Made by a program: the position numbers and the translations under genes. A stretch of 61,969 nucleotides of DNA, the filler included, from Rhabdomonas costata (lineage: Eukaryota), in NCBI GenBank assembly GCA_019059605.1. It is 29 parts of 29 records of this genome, joined end to end, with 100 filler letters (N's around TTAATTAATTAA, not from the genome) between each part and the next. Parts side by side here need not be neighbours in the genome. Positions count along the whole stretch, not along the records: positions 25,696 to 27,736 come from JAHMHO010006162.1; positions 27,837 to 29,877 come from JAHMHO010006163.1; positions 29,978 to 32,018 come from JAHMHO010006164.1; positions 32,119 to 34,159 come from JAHMHO010006165.1; positions 34,260 to 36,299 come from JAHMHO010006166.1; positions 36,400 to 38,440 come from JAHMHO010006167.1; 23 more parts are not named here. One strand, 5' to 3'. The notes beneath the pieces are model-generated. The model was not told the DNA's origin. It worked only from the letters and a program-made list of their open reading frames with translations, and made no database searches. Below are positions 26,734 to 38,540 of this stretch, in pieces (position 1 is the stretch's first letter; each line of letters opens with the position of its first letter).

Positions 26734-27491
26734 ATGCTCGGCCAAGATGACAACAGCAACCCCCAGCTCATTGAGCAGTTCAAGACCAAGGTCTCGGATG
26801 TGCTTCCGCTGAAGGACAACCTGAAGTTCAGCGATGAGGACGTGCTGCGCCGATTCCTTGGCGCCCGCAATGGGAACCTGGAGGTCAGCAACGCTTTTCC
26901 TCTTCCTCTTTCTCCTTTTTTGATAGTGCAGCCAATTGAATAATCACGGGCATGGGCTCATATAAGGTTTCAGCCGAAACGCCGCCCATATTTTATATAT
27001 GACGGTTTCGGCTGTTGGACATGTGGAGTAGAAAGCGTCTGGTGATGGTAGTAGATGGTGTTAATGGCGCGAGATGGCGTTTTGGCAGATAAACAGTGCA
27101 TGACATTGCACACTCGAAACTGCCGTCCTCAGTAAGCAGTAGGAACGGAACTTAGGGCTTGGGCCGTACTTTGGTTTGCAACTCGACTCCCAACACGCTG
27201 GAGTGATTCCAACTCTTGCACGTGTATCGAACTACTAAACGGATCAAGTGAAATTATAATAATAGAATTTCGCATGAAGCAAGTGCCGGTGAGGCAGTCT
27301 TGCTGCAAGCAATGCCTTGAATGCCTTGCTTGGTGCATGACTGCGTGCAGCTTGCGGAGAAAATGTTCCGGAGCTACCTGGGGTGGCGGGCGGACAACAA
27401 CGTGGAGAACGTCCTCACCGAGAGCTTCCCCGAGGACGTCGCCGCGGCGGTGTACGGGGGCTTCTGTGGGGATGACAAGGATGGCTACCCG
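26734..27491 (+). CDS. Sec14/CRAL-TRIO lipid-binding protein, N-terminal part (2 exons)
   Basis: Exon 26734-26883 ..SDEDVLRRFLGARNGNLE; exon 27351-27491 LAEKMFRSYLGWR..GFCGDDKDGYP (CRAL_TRIO_N LRFLxAR and GxDKxGxP motifs). Confidence 0.93.
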
Positions 27492-27887
27492 GTGCGCTTT
27501 GCGGAGCAGGCCACAGCTGCTCTCTTTCCTCTGCCGAAGACGCATCGTAGTTCGGAGGGTTGTCGTCGTTCCAGTTCCAGTGTCAGGTTGTGTTTGAGGG
27601 CGTAAGTGACAATTGCGCGATACACAGGAGCAAGTTTCTTTTACTATGAATATTAGCGGTCATCATTTGATTGTTATCGACACCCATGGTTGCCCCTTCG
27701 CACCAGCAGCCCTTTACATCTGTCTAAATTACAGATNNNNNNNNNNNNNNNNNNNNNNNNNNNNNNNNNNNNNNNNNNNNTTAATTAATTAANNNNNNNN
27801 NNNNNNNNNNNNNNNNNNNNNNNNNNNNNNNNNNNNGGTTGGGGGTGGTCTTGTTAAATGTTTCCGATTCTTTCGTGGAAATCTCAG

Positions 27888-28236
27888 GCGTGAAGTTGCC
27901 TCCGCTCTACTTTCGCAGCTTGCTTTGGTTGCCATTGATTTTTCTCCGGGTGAACTTGCAGCCCTCTTCAACTATTCAGTTTCTCTAAAGTTACTTCCTT
28001 CGGAGCACGCGAAGCTCCGTGACACTCTTTTTCTTCGTGTTCGTGGAATGCAGTCGGCTGAGCTGAATCATTTGCTGACCATTTTATGTGCTGTTCGCAC
28101 CCCTGTCCATCTTTTCGAGGCACAGATGTGGGTGGGGCTCGCAGAAGAAGTACTGCAGGGGAGGGATGCCTCCGAAAGCTGTGTTCGAGTATGTATTACG
28201 ATGATGAGCAAGCTGTTGCGTGCCGAGGGAATGTGA
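27888..28236 (+). CDS. Terminal exon of an alpha-helical (repeat-like) hypothetical protein
   Basis: ctcag| followed by 115 open Leu/Ala-rich codons (FSPGELAALF..) to TGA. Confidence 0.55.
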
Positions 28237-28922
28237 ACAGGGACGATGGTGCCTTTGTGTGTGTGTGCAACTGCGGACGCTTTGTTATAGAATGCTTTTG
28301 CGATGATGTGGTACAGATTGGAATGTGATGGTAGTGGCGCATCGGTTGCTGGTCAGTTATGTTGTTGATCATATACGAGTCTCAATGGTTGAACCATTTG
28401 ATCTATTTCCCTTTCACGGTATGAAATGGCGCTACGTTTAAAATCATTTTCCAATTATTGGTTTGTTCACAGCAGAGCACCTCGTGGGCGGTGCTAGCAT
28501 TCTCATAAAGCAGGCTACACACAGCGTAAAGTTAGGATTTACGGTTTGGTGGTAGAAAACAGAATAGCGAATGCCCTCATCGAAGCAAGTGTGGACAAGT
28601 GAAAGTTGAACTGAGCAACGAAAATCACAGTCAACAACACTTTGATACCAGCTGGGCACGTGATAAACTGTATGTTTCAAAAATGGAAGAGCGTTTCAAT
28701 TCCTGAAAGCTTTAGCTTTATAGGGCACTGGCGCCGTCTGTTCGGGCGTGATGAGAAAGAAAACATGTTCCTTTGTCAAGCTGAGGCGATGTTTAGGGAA
28801 TATAGGGAATATAGGAATATGTAAAACTGCGATGAACCGGATCAGTTCAGTTCAGTTCTGCCCTTTTGTTTTTGCAGCGACCTGTTTTGGGTTAAACCCA
28901 AGGAAAGAGTCCTTCGGTCCGC

Positions 28923-29877
28923 ATGGGTCGCTTCCCATCGGTCCGTAACCGGGAAAGGGGCCGGGAAAGGGGCCGGGGAGTTGGCGGTCCGTTTTATGGT
29001 CCCCGCCGTCGCGTGCGGCCCCAGCGTCACTTTCAGTCTCCCTCTCAGCACGGACTCCCGCAGCAGCAGCAGCAGCAGCAGCGGGAGCAGTTTCGCGGAG
29101 ACACTTCTGCGCTGTTGTTCTGGAGGTCCATCCCCAAGGGAATCACCGACGACGACATCGTGGAGCACTACAAAGTCTTCTTGCGACGATCACTTCCGAT
29201 TCTCTCTTCTCTGCTTCGGGGGATGGGGTTCCCTGCAATCATTAGGGCGGAACAGCGAACATACCAGAGAATAGCGGGCGTTTTGCTCGTTTTGCCCATC
29301 TGGAAATCTGTTGGTGACCGGTATGACCACTGTTGATCCTCCGAATGACGGCCTGAACCATTGGTACCCGATTGCAATGCGTAATGGTGTGTCGATATCT
29401 GGCTTAAGCTATCAATTTCTTTCAATATCTTTCTGTCAGAGGGAGATAGAGCCCCACATATCATGTCAATGTGAAGCTGTTAGCATGTCAGTGTGAAGCT
29501 GGGCATGCTCTTTGTTCGCCATAAACGATATCTGGCAGCCAATTGCCCGGCCATCAAAATAAACGTTTTGACTCGTGTTCGCTGTTCGCAGGGCGTCGCC
29601 CCGGTCACACACATTGCATGGGCCGAAGGCCGGCGCAGCGCGACGGTGGCCTTCGCCGACTCCTCGTCGATGAGAAAGGCACTTCTGCTGCTTCCTGCGC
29701 CCGTGGTGAGTGAGCCAGGAGGACGCCGTGGCAAAGGAAAAGGCCGCCTCCGTGGCTGGGGCCCCGAGGAGGGCTCTGGGAATGCCCGGGGTTCGGTGAT
29801 CCGGGTGGTGCCGCAGCTTCAGAGGCTTCAGCAGCCTTTGGCTGAGGTGCGGCACCACCCGGATCACACACAAAACC
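28923..29877 (+). CDS. RRM-like RNA-binding protein, N-terminal part (2 exons)
   Basis: Exon 28923-29174 has an RG-rich and polyQ segment, then LFWRSIPKGITDDDIVEHYK. Exon 29592-end has ..RRSATVAFADSSSMRKAL (RNP2/RNP1-like). An acceptor tttttgcag lies ~45 nt before the ATG. Confidence 0.75.
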
Positions 29878-30179
29878 NNNNNNNNNNNNNNNNNNNNNNN
29901 NNNNNNNNNNNNNNNNNNNNNTTAATTAATTAANNNNNNNNNNNNNNNNNNNNNNNNNNNNNNNNNNNNNNNNNNNNGGTGGGGTACGTTTTGGTATCTT
30001 CGGAGACACCTTAACTCAGCGAATTGAAAATAATCAGCGGCCTGCTCCCCGCTGTAAAGAACTTTCCTTTTTTATCCCTCTTGCTGTTTGTTCTTCTGCA
30101 TGGTCAAGTTGCATTGCACATGTTCGAAAACATTTTCCAATTCCCGTGGTAACCTTTGTTGTTTCACGCCTCAGCAGCT

Positions 30180-30220
<41 letters not shown>
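30180..30220 (+). repeat. (GATA)10 microsatellite
   Basis: Perfect tandem GATA repeat. Confidence 0.97.
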
Positions 30221-30221
<1 letters not shown>

Positions 30222-32274
30222 CAGACACAGTCTCCCCCCGAACCCACAACTCTAGTCCGCAAATTCTTCTAATTTTGGTGGCAGCCTCATTCCCACCCTT
30301 GAAATCAAATACATGCTCCCTTGGGTGCAGAGATAGCTCGGCTCTCCTTCCAGGGTCCTCCCCTAAATCCTGTGTGGGAAATTCCTTAGGATGCGGGCCG
30401 ACAGGGCCGCTTGGACACAGAGGTTTGGGCGGGGATATATCGCCATGGGCTTTTTTTGACGAGCAATGTATTTTGGCATGACAGGTGCCAAAACATGGAC
30501 AGTTTTCGGTTTAATAGCGATTTGGAGGGTATAAAATTTAGAGTATTTTCTGTTTTGATGTCATCCAATGCGTAGTAGAATGCTTGCGGTATTTCTGAAC
30601 TTGAGCGCACTCTGGAATCCTTTGACACATGACGCGGTGTCTAGACAGCAGTTCGCATAATTGAGGGGGTTTTGATCTGTTTTTAGTCTGATTTTGTCTT
30701 GCAAGCACATTTGCCATTGTGAGTCTCATTAAAATTTACTAGTTCCTGAAATAAAGATGTCCATAGCGGTACATCCACCCAATATGCGAATCTCTGTTGG
30801 ATGCGTAGCCCGGGAAGATGCATATCTCAGGTAAATGCGCATCGCTCATAGGCATACGCCTTCCTGTTTCCCTTGCATTACTGCTTCATCGCCATTGCTG
30901 ATCATACAAAAAATTCTGTGAAAAATTGCATCACGACCACGGCTCAAAATTTTAGCTTCAGCTGACCTAGACGTTTTTTTCTGTCATCTTAAGGACGGCA
31001 CTGCGTTACCACCGCACCAAGTGAAGCCTTGAGGTTGTGGGTTCCACTGACTCGGAGTAAAGAGGTGCTTTGATATGTGATTGTGTTCGGTTAGCGCTCG
31101 TCAACATTTGTTTTCCTTGTGTTGTGAGGAAGCCTAACAAAGCCCACCCAGTTTCTTCTGTTTTGGGGGAATGGGATTTGCGAGGGTTTTTTTGTGGTTG
31201 GGGGAAGATATACGTTGATCACTCCCTAGCTTTGTGTCGATTGTTGTATCCATCCCGAGGTGCGCGTTGCTTTTTCGCCCGCCCATGACACGAAGCATAT
31301 CTACGGAAAGACGGTTCGGCTTGGGGCTATGCCTCTTGCGAGCATTTGTGTTCCCTCCCTTCTTTCAGTGGTGGGGATGGAAGAAAAGCAGGGGATGCAG
31401 GTAAGTTTAGCACAGCATCCCATCTAAGCACGCCAACCGGTGACCGTTAGCTTGGCAACCGCTGGCCGGATTTTGCGCGCCGCCAAATCCGCGAAAGTTG
31501 TTATGCAGTCTTTCTTGTGTGTTGGCTTCTCTTGTTGTTGTATTTAGTTTCTTTTCATGGTCACCCCGCGGACCCTGTTTTCTCGTTTATTCAGAAAGGC
31601 TGTTTTTCAAACAGCCTTTGAGTTACAAGACTGTGTTGCGGTGCTAAAAAAAGATCGGCATGAAGTTGCCCGCCCCCATCGGGACCAGCACCAGGGAGAA
31701 AGCCACACAAAGAGACAAACCCCGTCATGGATTGGAGCGTGCCGCCGACAATTTTGTGGAATCCAACCTCCCCCCCTTGCCGACGGATCCCTGATGCCTC
31801 CGTTTCCCCCGATGCCCGCCAATATCGTCACCATCAGTTACTGCCGGAGGCTCACCACGGCCCCGCTTGGGGAATAGGACCGGGGCCGATGAAAGGAAAC
31901 CGCCGATTTGCCGGTTGGGTTGCGAAAAAAAAGAAATCATCAAAATACCGGAGGTTCTGGTCGATATCCACCACACGTACCCACCCACACACACACACAT
32001 TTAGAACGCACAACAACANNNNNNNNNNNNNNNNNNNNNNNNNNNNNNNNNNNNNNNNNNNNTTAATTAATTAANNNNNNNNNNNNNNNNNNNNNNNNNN
32101 NNNNNNNNNNNNNNNNNNGTGGGAGAGCAGTGAAACGAAGAAGTTAGCGAATTGTTCCATTTTTGTGTTTTGTATTATTATTATTGGCCATGTTCACACA
32201 AGATACATGCGTTATGATTGCTGAAATGCATGTTTTATTTATTTTTGTGTTTTTGGCTGTTTGGCAAGAAAATA

Positions 32275-33304
32275 TTATAGACCGAGAAAAGAGACATACC
32301 CACGGCAATGGGGGCAGGACTCGCGGTTGGGCTTGAACTCATGTACACCCTCGCCCTGCGAATTACCACAGCTGATGTATCGCCGAGGACCCGGAGCCAA
32401 AATGCCGACCACCTCACAGTTGAGGAGCAGCGCAGACATAACTCCTGGGAGATCTTCAGAGTCCCGAAGTCCTTGTCTGTAAGCCCCGCTAAACTGGACA
32501 AAGGGGCTGACCACCTCTGCGTCCATGAACGGGAGTGTCGGAACCCAACTCGTCTACTATGAATTGTTGGCAACTGCTGAGGTAGAACACACTTGGTATT
32601 CCACGGCAACGATGCAATTTGCTCAAACTGGTCCATGGAAGATGGCAGTCCAAAGCAAGGCAACTGTCCCTTTTCAGGAACGGGAAGGGACAGTGGCAAA
32701 GAAGGGACTTTGGGAGACCATTGCTTTCGCAGTTGAGGAGAAAGGATTGCCCAGACACGGGAGGCTGAGTTTGTCAAGAGGCAGTGACCAACATAGGATG
32801 GCCAGGCACAAGCAATTTTTTTTCTTGTGACGCTTCTTTGGAATAGTGATGAAATACCAGGCAGTGATCACAAAGAAAGGCGTTGTGTCTGCCCGCCTAA
32901 GAAAAAAGGAAGGAAAGATCAACAGGAGTACCAGGAATTTTCATCAAAGTGAAACAAAAGGGGCTAAACTGCACCTGTTTCTTATTGAAAGTGTTGTTTC
33001 GCGGCGTGAAGGCTGGTTGGGCATCCACATGAAAGTCTGCGGTGTATTTAGCGTGAAGGTGGTAGTGCTGCACCCGAACCACAGGGATGTCTGTGCGGCC
33101 ACATACATGGCAGGAACCGGTGTGCACGCCTGGTGTATCAGCTGATTGCGCAGGTGAAAAGGTGCGTTGTCTTTGTCGCACAGGTGGTTCAACAGGGGAA
33201 GGGGGTTGGGAGTTTCCGGAGGAAGAGGCAGGGGAAATATGTGGTGGAGAGTAATGATTCTCCGACAGAATCTCTTCTTGCCAAAACAGGAGACGTCGCT
33301 CCAC
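32275..33304 (-). pseudogene. Decayed Cys/His-rich (zinc-finger-like) spliced gene, possibly transposon-derived
   Basis: ORF with CHVC, a 78-nt GT-AG intron (32974-32897), then CDHC, an in-frame TGA at 32776-32774, CHC..C..CH, and an apparent frameshift into ..SC..HEF..SCPHC. Confidence 0.4.
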
Positions 33305-33824
33305 TCAGAATTCGAAAGAAATGACATCGGGAAATTGACTGTGTTGCCGTATAAAACTCAAGTGAAGCAAAATACTCGAAACTTCGGAAACAATCAAGCA
33401 TGTGTGCCAAACTTGTGGAACTTGACCACAGTTCTGCCGTTTTTGAGTGTTTTTGAATGTGCAATCAGGTTACCAATCTGTTGAAAGCTCTTCACAAAAA
33501 TGCACCAATGTTGCGAGTTCTATCTATTTTCCTGGGACCCAGAGCCTGCGATTCACCTTATGGTTCCTTAACTACAGTCGGACAATTGTCATTAAATGCA
33601 TGGAATCCTCCATCTTTCTTCCCGGAATTCGAAAGAAAGAAAATCTTCTGCATGCGTCACAGGAATCAGCAAGAAAAATATCAGGGCAGCAGATGTTGTT
33701 GACGGAAAATATAAAGCTTTTCAATCTGCACACCTGAAAAAGAGTAGTGGTGAGTGAAGGAGTTGGACCGACGGGAAGGGAAGCCATTGCCTTTTTCTTC
33801 GAAACATCTTTTTAGTTCAGGTCA

Positions 33825-34159
33825 TTATTGCACTGCCTTGTTGCTGATCTTCGTGATCACGAGCAGGTGTCGGCATTCTTGCATGGACTCCTTGGACACG
33901 ATATCGTCATTGCAGCGCCACCACAAATCCGCATCCTTCAGCCAGGCGACCCAGTGGCCAGGATGATGCTCGGCCGTCGCCATGATGGTGTACTTTCTGT
34001 CCCCGACCTCGAAGTCGCGCACCTTGAGGGTCATCTTTGGATCAGCGACGTTCACAAACAAAACCACGTATTCGCCCTTTGGGATCCATTTGAAGACTCG
34101 TGGTATCCCTTCTACTGGACCTTGGACTTTTCCGCATTGCGGACAATCGACACACACAC
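33825..34159 (-). CDS. Ubiquitin-specific protease (peptidase C19)-like C-terminal catalytic half, unusually compact
   Basis: CPQC finger motif, YTIMATAEH, His box GHWVAWLK and WWRCNDDIVS; no intron in ~330 nt; 5' part cut off by the contig end. Confidence 0.8.
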
Positions 34160-34497
34160 NNNNNNNNNNNNNNNNNNNNNNNNNNNNNNNNNNNNNNNNN
34201 NNNTTAATTAATTAANNNNNNNNNNNNNNNNNNNNNNNNNNNNNNNNNNNNNNNNNNNNCCTCCCCACGATTGCGAACCGGAAATGAGGTCACGCCTACT
34301 GCTCTTGTGGGCAACAGTGATGAGTGATGTTTGGCACACTACCTTTTGTGATGGGAAGGAAACGGACGTTTCCGGAGGAAACCGTTTTTTCACTCAATCA
34401 CCCGCTCAAAAATATGCATCAGACCCTCCGTATTGCATGAGCAAAGGACAACTTCCTTCCTGTGGCATTCGCACAAAGAGAAAACACAGGCATTCAC

Positions 34498-35980
34498 ACT
34501 GTGTAAGGCGACGGCCTTGCGGCGCCAGGCCTTCGCCCAGTTGGGGGCCAAGGTGATCGCTGTCTCAGCGTCCTCAATGGCTTTGCTCCACTTCTCCATG
34601 CCGGCCCAACAGGCCGAACGGTTGGAGAACAGAACAGGATCATCAGGGTCCTGCCCCAAACCCCGCCCCACGCCAACTCCTTAAACGCATGAAAAAGTAA
34701 TGGACGCAAAGAATGGGACATCTTTTGATCTATGTCGAGTGCGCAACGTCCTAGTGTAACGTTGTTTCCCGAATCCGCCGTATATGGTTCTCTTGTCGCT
34801 GTTTCGGGAGTCCTTCCAGGTCTTCAGACGGCCTCCACGAGCACTTCATGCTGGAACAATAATCAACAGCAATTAATTTCATGCTCAAACCGCATTGAGT
34901 TGGCACACTTTCCGATGAGACACGCAAAGAACTGTGGGCAGTCAGCTTAAGACCAAATAACAGAGTAGCCCCTTTCCCGTTTCCCCGTCGGCTCCGGTAT
35001 CCCAGCGGTGCCTTGCGTTTATTTTATTGTCTATCACATCAAAATTTCCCCCCACTTTTTATCTGCAAACGAAAGCGCGGGAGGAAAGCTCAGAGCGCGA
35101 ACCTTGTCGATGAGTTTCTTGTAATACCCGGAGGCACCTTTGAAGTTTCCTTTGGCAAACTCTGCCTTGGCTTTTTCTCGCAGTTCATCTCCTTCCTGAT
35201 AAATGGAGCAGAAAACGGCATACCAAAAGATCTGGTGTGTATTAGAAAGTTACATCTGGCCGAGCATATAATGGCGGTGGGTCTGACAAATAACGTCCTT
35301 TCCCATTGGTATAGAATGTGGGCCCACCACCACCTCTGATTAAATCTGCACAGCTAGCTTCAACGACGGAGAGCGTGTCAGGAACAGCGGTTTCCCACCA
35401 GTATGTAGTTACACCAAGAAGCTCGCGAAACCAAACTGGACCAGGATGTAGAGAATGGCAGGGAAATGCAATTTCAAGGGAGAGGAGGGGTGTCAACTTT
35501 TCTCCAGATTTGCTGTGTATGCGGAGTGGCTTTGCAGAGTTTTTGGCTGTTTTGCAGCGCAATTCCCGAAAAATCAAGTTGGCGAGCGAAATCTGAAAAA
35601 GATTTTGGCGCTCTCCCAGGACGTAAAACCTTTCATACTTTTTTTTTCATACTAAGATGCCCCACCGCAGTGCAACTACATCTACATCTATCTCTATACG
35701 CACGGAAGACTTGAAGTCATTGCGGTGCTCTTAAGGGTTAGGGGGGGGGGCTTGTGTTTTCGGGATGTCGATTCCGGAATCCAATACGTGAGGCTGGGAG
35801 GAAGAAGACCTCCCGCTTCCGCCACCGCTCCTTTTCGTCCAGGATGCGTGTCTGCAGAATGGCGTAGTCCTGGTTTTCAGGATCGTCCTTGTACGCCACA
35901 GCGTACGCCTTCAGCGCCTCGTCGAAGTACCCGTAGCCGTGCAATGCCGCCGCACGCCGCATGTGCGCCTTTCCCCAGTC
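34498..35980 (-). CDS. TPR-repeat co-chaperone (STI1/Hop-like) fragment (3 exons)
   Basis: Exons 35980-35810 (DWGKAHMRRAAALH..DEALKAY..DPEN), 35195-35103 (LREKAKAEFAKGNF..YY) and 34650-~34498 (DPVLFSNRSAC..AIEDAETAITLAPNWAKAWRRKA). Confidence 0.92.
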
Positions 35981-36563
35981 CTAAAGGAAGCGGGGGTCCT
36001 TGCATCGCTGCTGTAGGGCGGGGTACCAAGGCATCACCTACCTTGAACAGTGTACCCCAACAGACAAGCTCCAAAAATTGGTGGCCTAGTTGTCGCAAAG
36101 AACACCATTCAATCCAGTCAAAATTGATGCCATTAACTTGTCGGTGGGAGCATATGAGTGCAAATGCCTTACCACAAAGGGCGAACGGCGCCCTCTTGCT
36201 CAATCGAGTGATACTCTTGATACTCTGTTGAATTGATCCATGAGAAGACAGTTGGCCACGGACGTAGGCGCCTCAACGTGCCCTTGTCTTCCAAGTACAN
36301 NNNNNNNNNNNNNNNNNNNNNNNNNNNNNNNNNNNNNNNNNNNTTAATTAATTAANNNNNNNNNNNNNNNNNNNNNNNNNNNNNNNNNNNNNNNNNNNNA
36401 ACGGTGGAGATTAGCGAGGACCCAACCACACACAACACACACAACACAACGACAAAAATGGGCATGGGGTGGCATGCAATTGTGGGCTGTGGACTTTATA
36501 CGAGGGTACAATTTGTGAGCAAAAGAAATACCGGTGTGAGACTTGAGCAGTGGGCCCCAGTAC

Positions 36564-38440
36564 CGAACGACACTGTGGTTGAGCCGCAGAAGAGCATTAT
36601 CAGTCCCCAAGAAGAAGGGCTCCGTGGTGGAGTGGTTGGTAGCAACCTGCGCCCTCTGAATGTAGTCCAATCTCATGTGGCAAAACCCTGCAAGCAGATA
36701 TAACCAATATTTTTCTTTTTCAAAGCATAAATTCATTGTGAAGATTACCCTTGCTTTCGCCACAGCAAAACCAAAGGGAAAAAAGGCTGCGTGACCGGTC
36801 CATGGGGTCAGCGGTTCTTTCGTCTCCCTTTTGCATCGCTCCTTGCCCGACACATCGGAGGGTTTAACGAAGGCACCCCCAACGTATTTACAGCAAAACG
36901 CAAGACGAACAGGGCTAGTCTCGATTCACTGTGCAGTATGCACCACAACGCAGAGCGACTCTCGGATTATCCGGGGCACTAAACCTGCCTTGTCCACAGC
37001 ACCGCTGGCCTCGCGCAAAATTTTGGTGGCCACCTCACGGGGCGACAGAGGTCTCAGTTCAGCGTTCCGGGTGTATTTTCCATGGAGAACGTAAAACAAG
37101 ACGATTCGCAAGAGCCCATGGCTCATGGCTGGAAGAGACAAGACAAAGATGAAAGCATGCCTGGTTTGGTCGCTTCGGGAACAGCGCATGCGTACATGTT
37201 GCGCAGGTCAGTGCGCCGGTGTACAGCAGTGAAGTGGGCAGGGAGCCGCGCGAGAGTGCGGTGGATCTCTCGCTCCACTACAAAGGAAGGGCGAAGCCAG
37301 ACATAGGGCCGGCTCATCCCTGCCGGCAGGACTCGAAACAGCCGGTAGGCAGAGTGCTTAATCAGGTCACCCATTCCCCGTTCGTATCGGAAGACGAAGC
37401 AAAACTCCGGGCTGAACAAACCACCAAACATTCAACAATGAAGTAGACGACTCTGCCCATCAATGAACGTCCCATGTTTTTGCCAGAGCGAGTACTGATC
37501 CGTGAAAGACCAGGGCATATGAAAGACCAGGACCCAAAAACCAGGAACGCACTCCACATCCCTGTGTATTTACGTTTTTGTGGAACAGGGGGTATGATTT
37601 CGCGCCAAACAAATGATTCGGGTGGTTAGGACGTTCCGGATGAAGAGAACCAATCTGAAAAGAAGAGTCTAGAAACAAGATATGAGTATTTGTTAGGGTG
37701 TTGTGATTCTGAGCATGAATTGAAGGTTTCTGTGGAATATGCTCTGAATTCCAGTTGTTTAGAAAAAACACATAATCAGAAAGTAAGGTTGACCACCAGA
37801 ACCCCAAATTGTGCCAATCCTTGAGCCAGTTACAGAATTATTAATTTCGAGAGGCGGAAAGGGCCAAGCTGAAGGCCGGGGGGGAGGCGAAAAGAAAACG
37901 TCACGAAAGACTTCACTTACACATAGCAATTTAAAGAGGCATGCCGAAATAAAGAGAAGTTGTAGAAACGCTCCGGTTTAATCACCCGCCTGGTGGCGAA
38001 CTCGTTCAGTCCTTGAAGGAATGGGGGCACAACCAGCGTGCGGTTCAGCGATTTGGCCACAGCAAAGGCGTTCAGAAGGGTAAGCAGCTGATTGTTGTGA
38101 GCGCCGAAATTGTTGACGAAAGTGAAATACCGGTGAGGGCACCCTTCAGGAGTAGGATCTGCGATCTGAGTTCCGCTGAGATTCACGTTTGAGTTATCAT
38201 GAAGCTCAAGGCCAGCCACTACCTCAGTCCCTGGAAGGGTTCCGAAGGGAACCTTCACACGTCTGCCAGCAACTAAAACATGCTGATTATCAATCCTGTG
38301 TATTAGCACCCTGCGGTTTGAAGAACGTCCGGGAACCTCCGGAACAGCTCTGACAGCGACAGCATCATGAACTGCTTGAGAAAGTGGAGCAGCAGAATCC
38401 CACGAAGAAGAAACTGTGGCCTGACCTCCGAACAGAAAAA
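36564..38440 (-). CDS. GDP-fucose O-fucosyltransferase (O-FucT family) fragment, ~5 exons
   Basis: FGAHNNQLLTLLNAFAVAKSLNRTLVVPPF, then LRPS..FTAVHRR, then FFLGTD: the three conserved fucosyltransferase motifs in the correct order. Confidence 0.88.
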
Positions 38441-38540
38441 NNNNNNNNNNNNNNNNNNNNNNNNNNNNNNNNNNNNNNNNNNNNTTAATTAATTAANNNN
38501 NNNNNNNNNNNNNNNNNNNNNNNNNNNNNNNNNNNNNNNN

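Noticed and set aside
31595..31619. 11-bp hairpin as an intrinsic terminator (also the 10-bp hairpin at 25783-25806)
   Set aside because: Eukaryotic nuclear DNA; isolated short stems with no supporting context.
32774..32776. In-frame TGA as stop-codon reassignment or selenocysteine
   Set aside because: Other genes here end in TGA or TAG normally and encode Trp as TGG. A nearby frameshift favours pseudogenisation.
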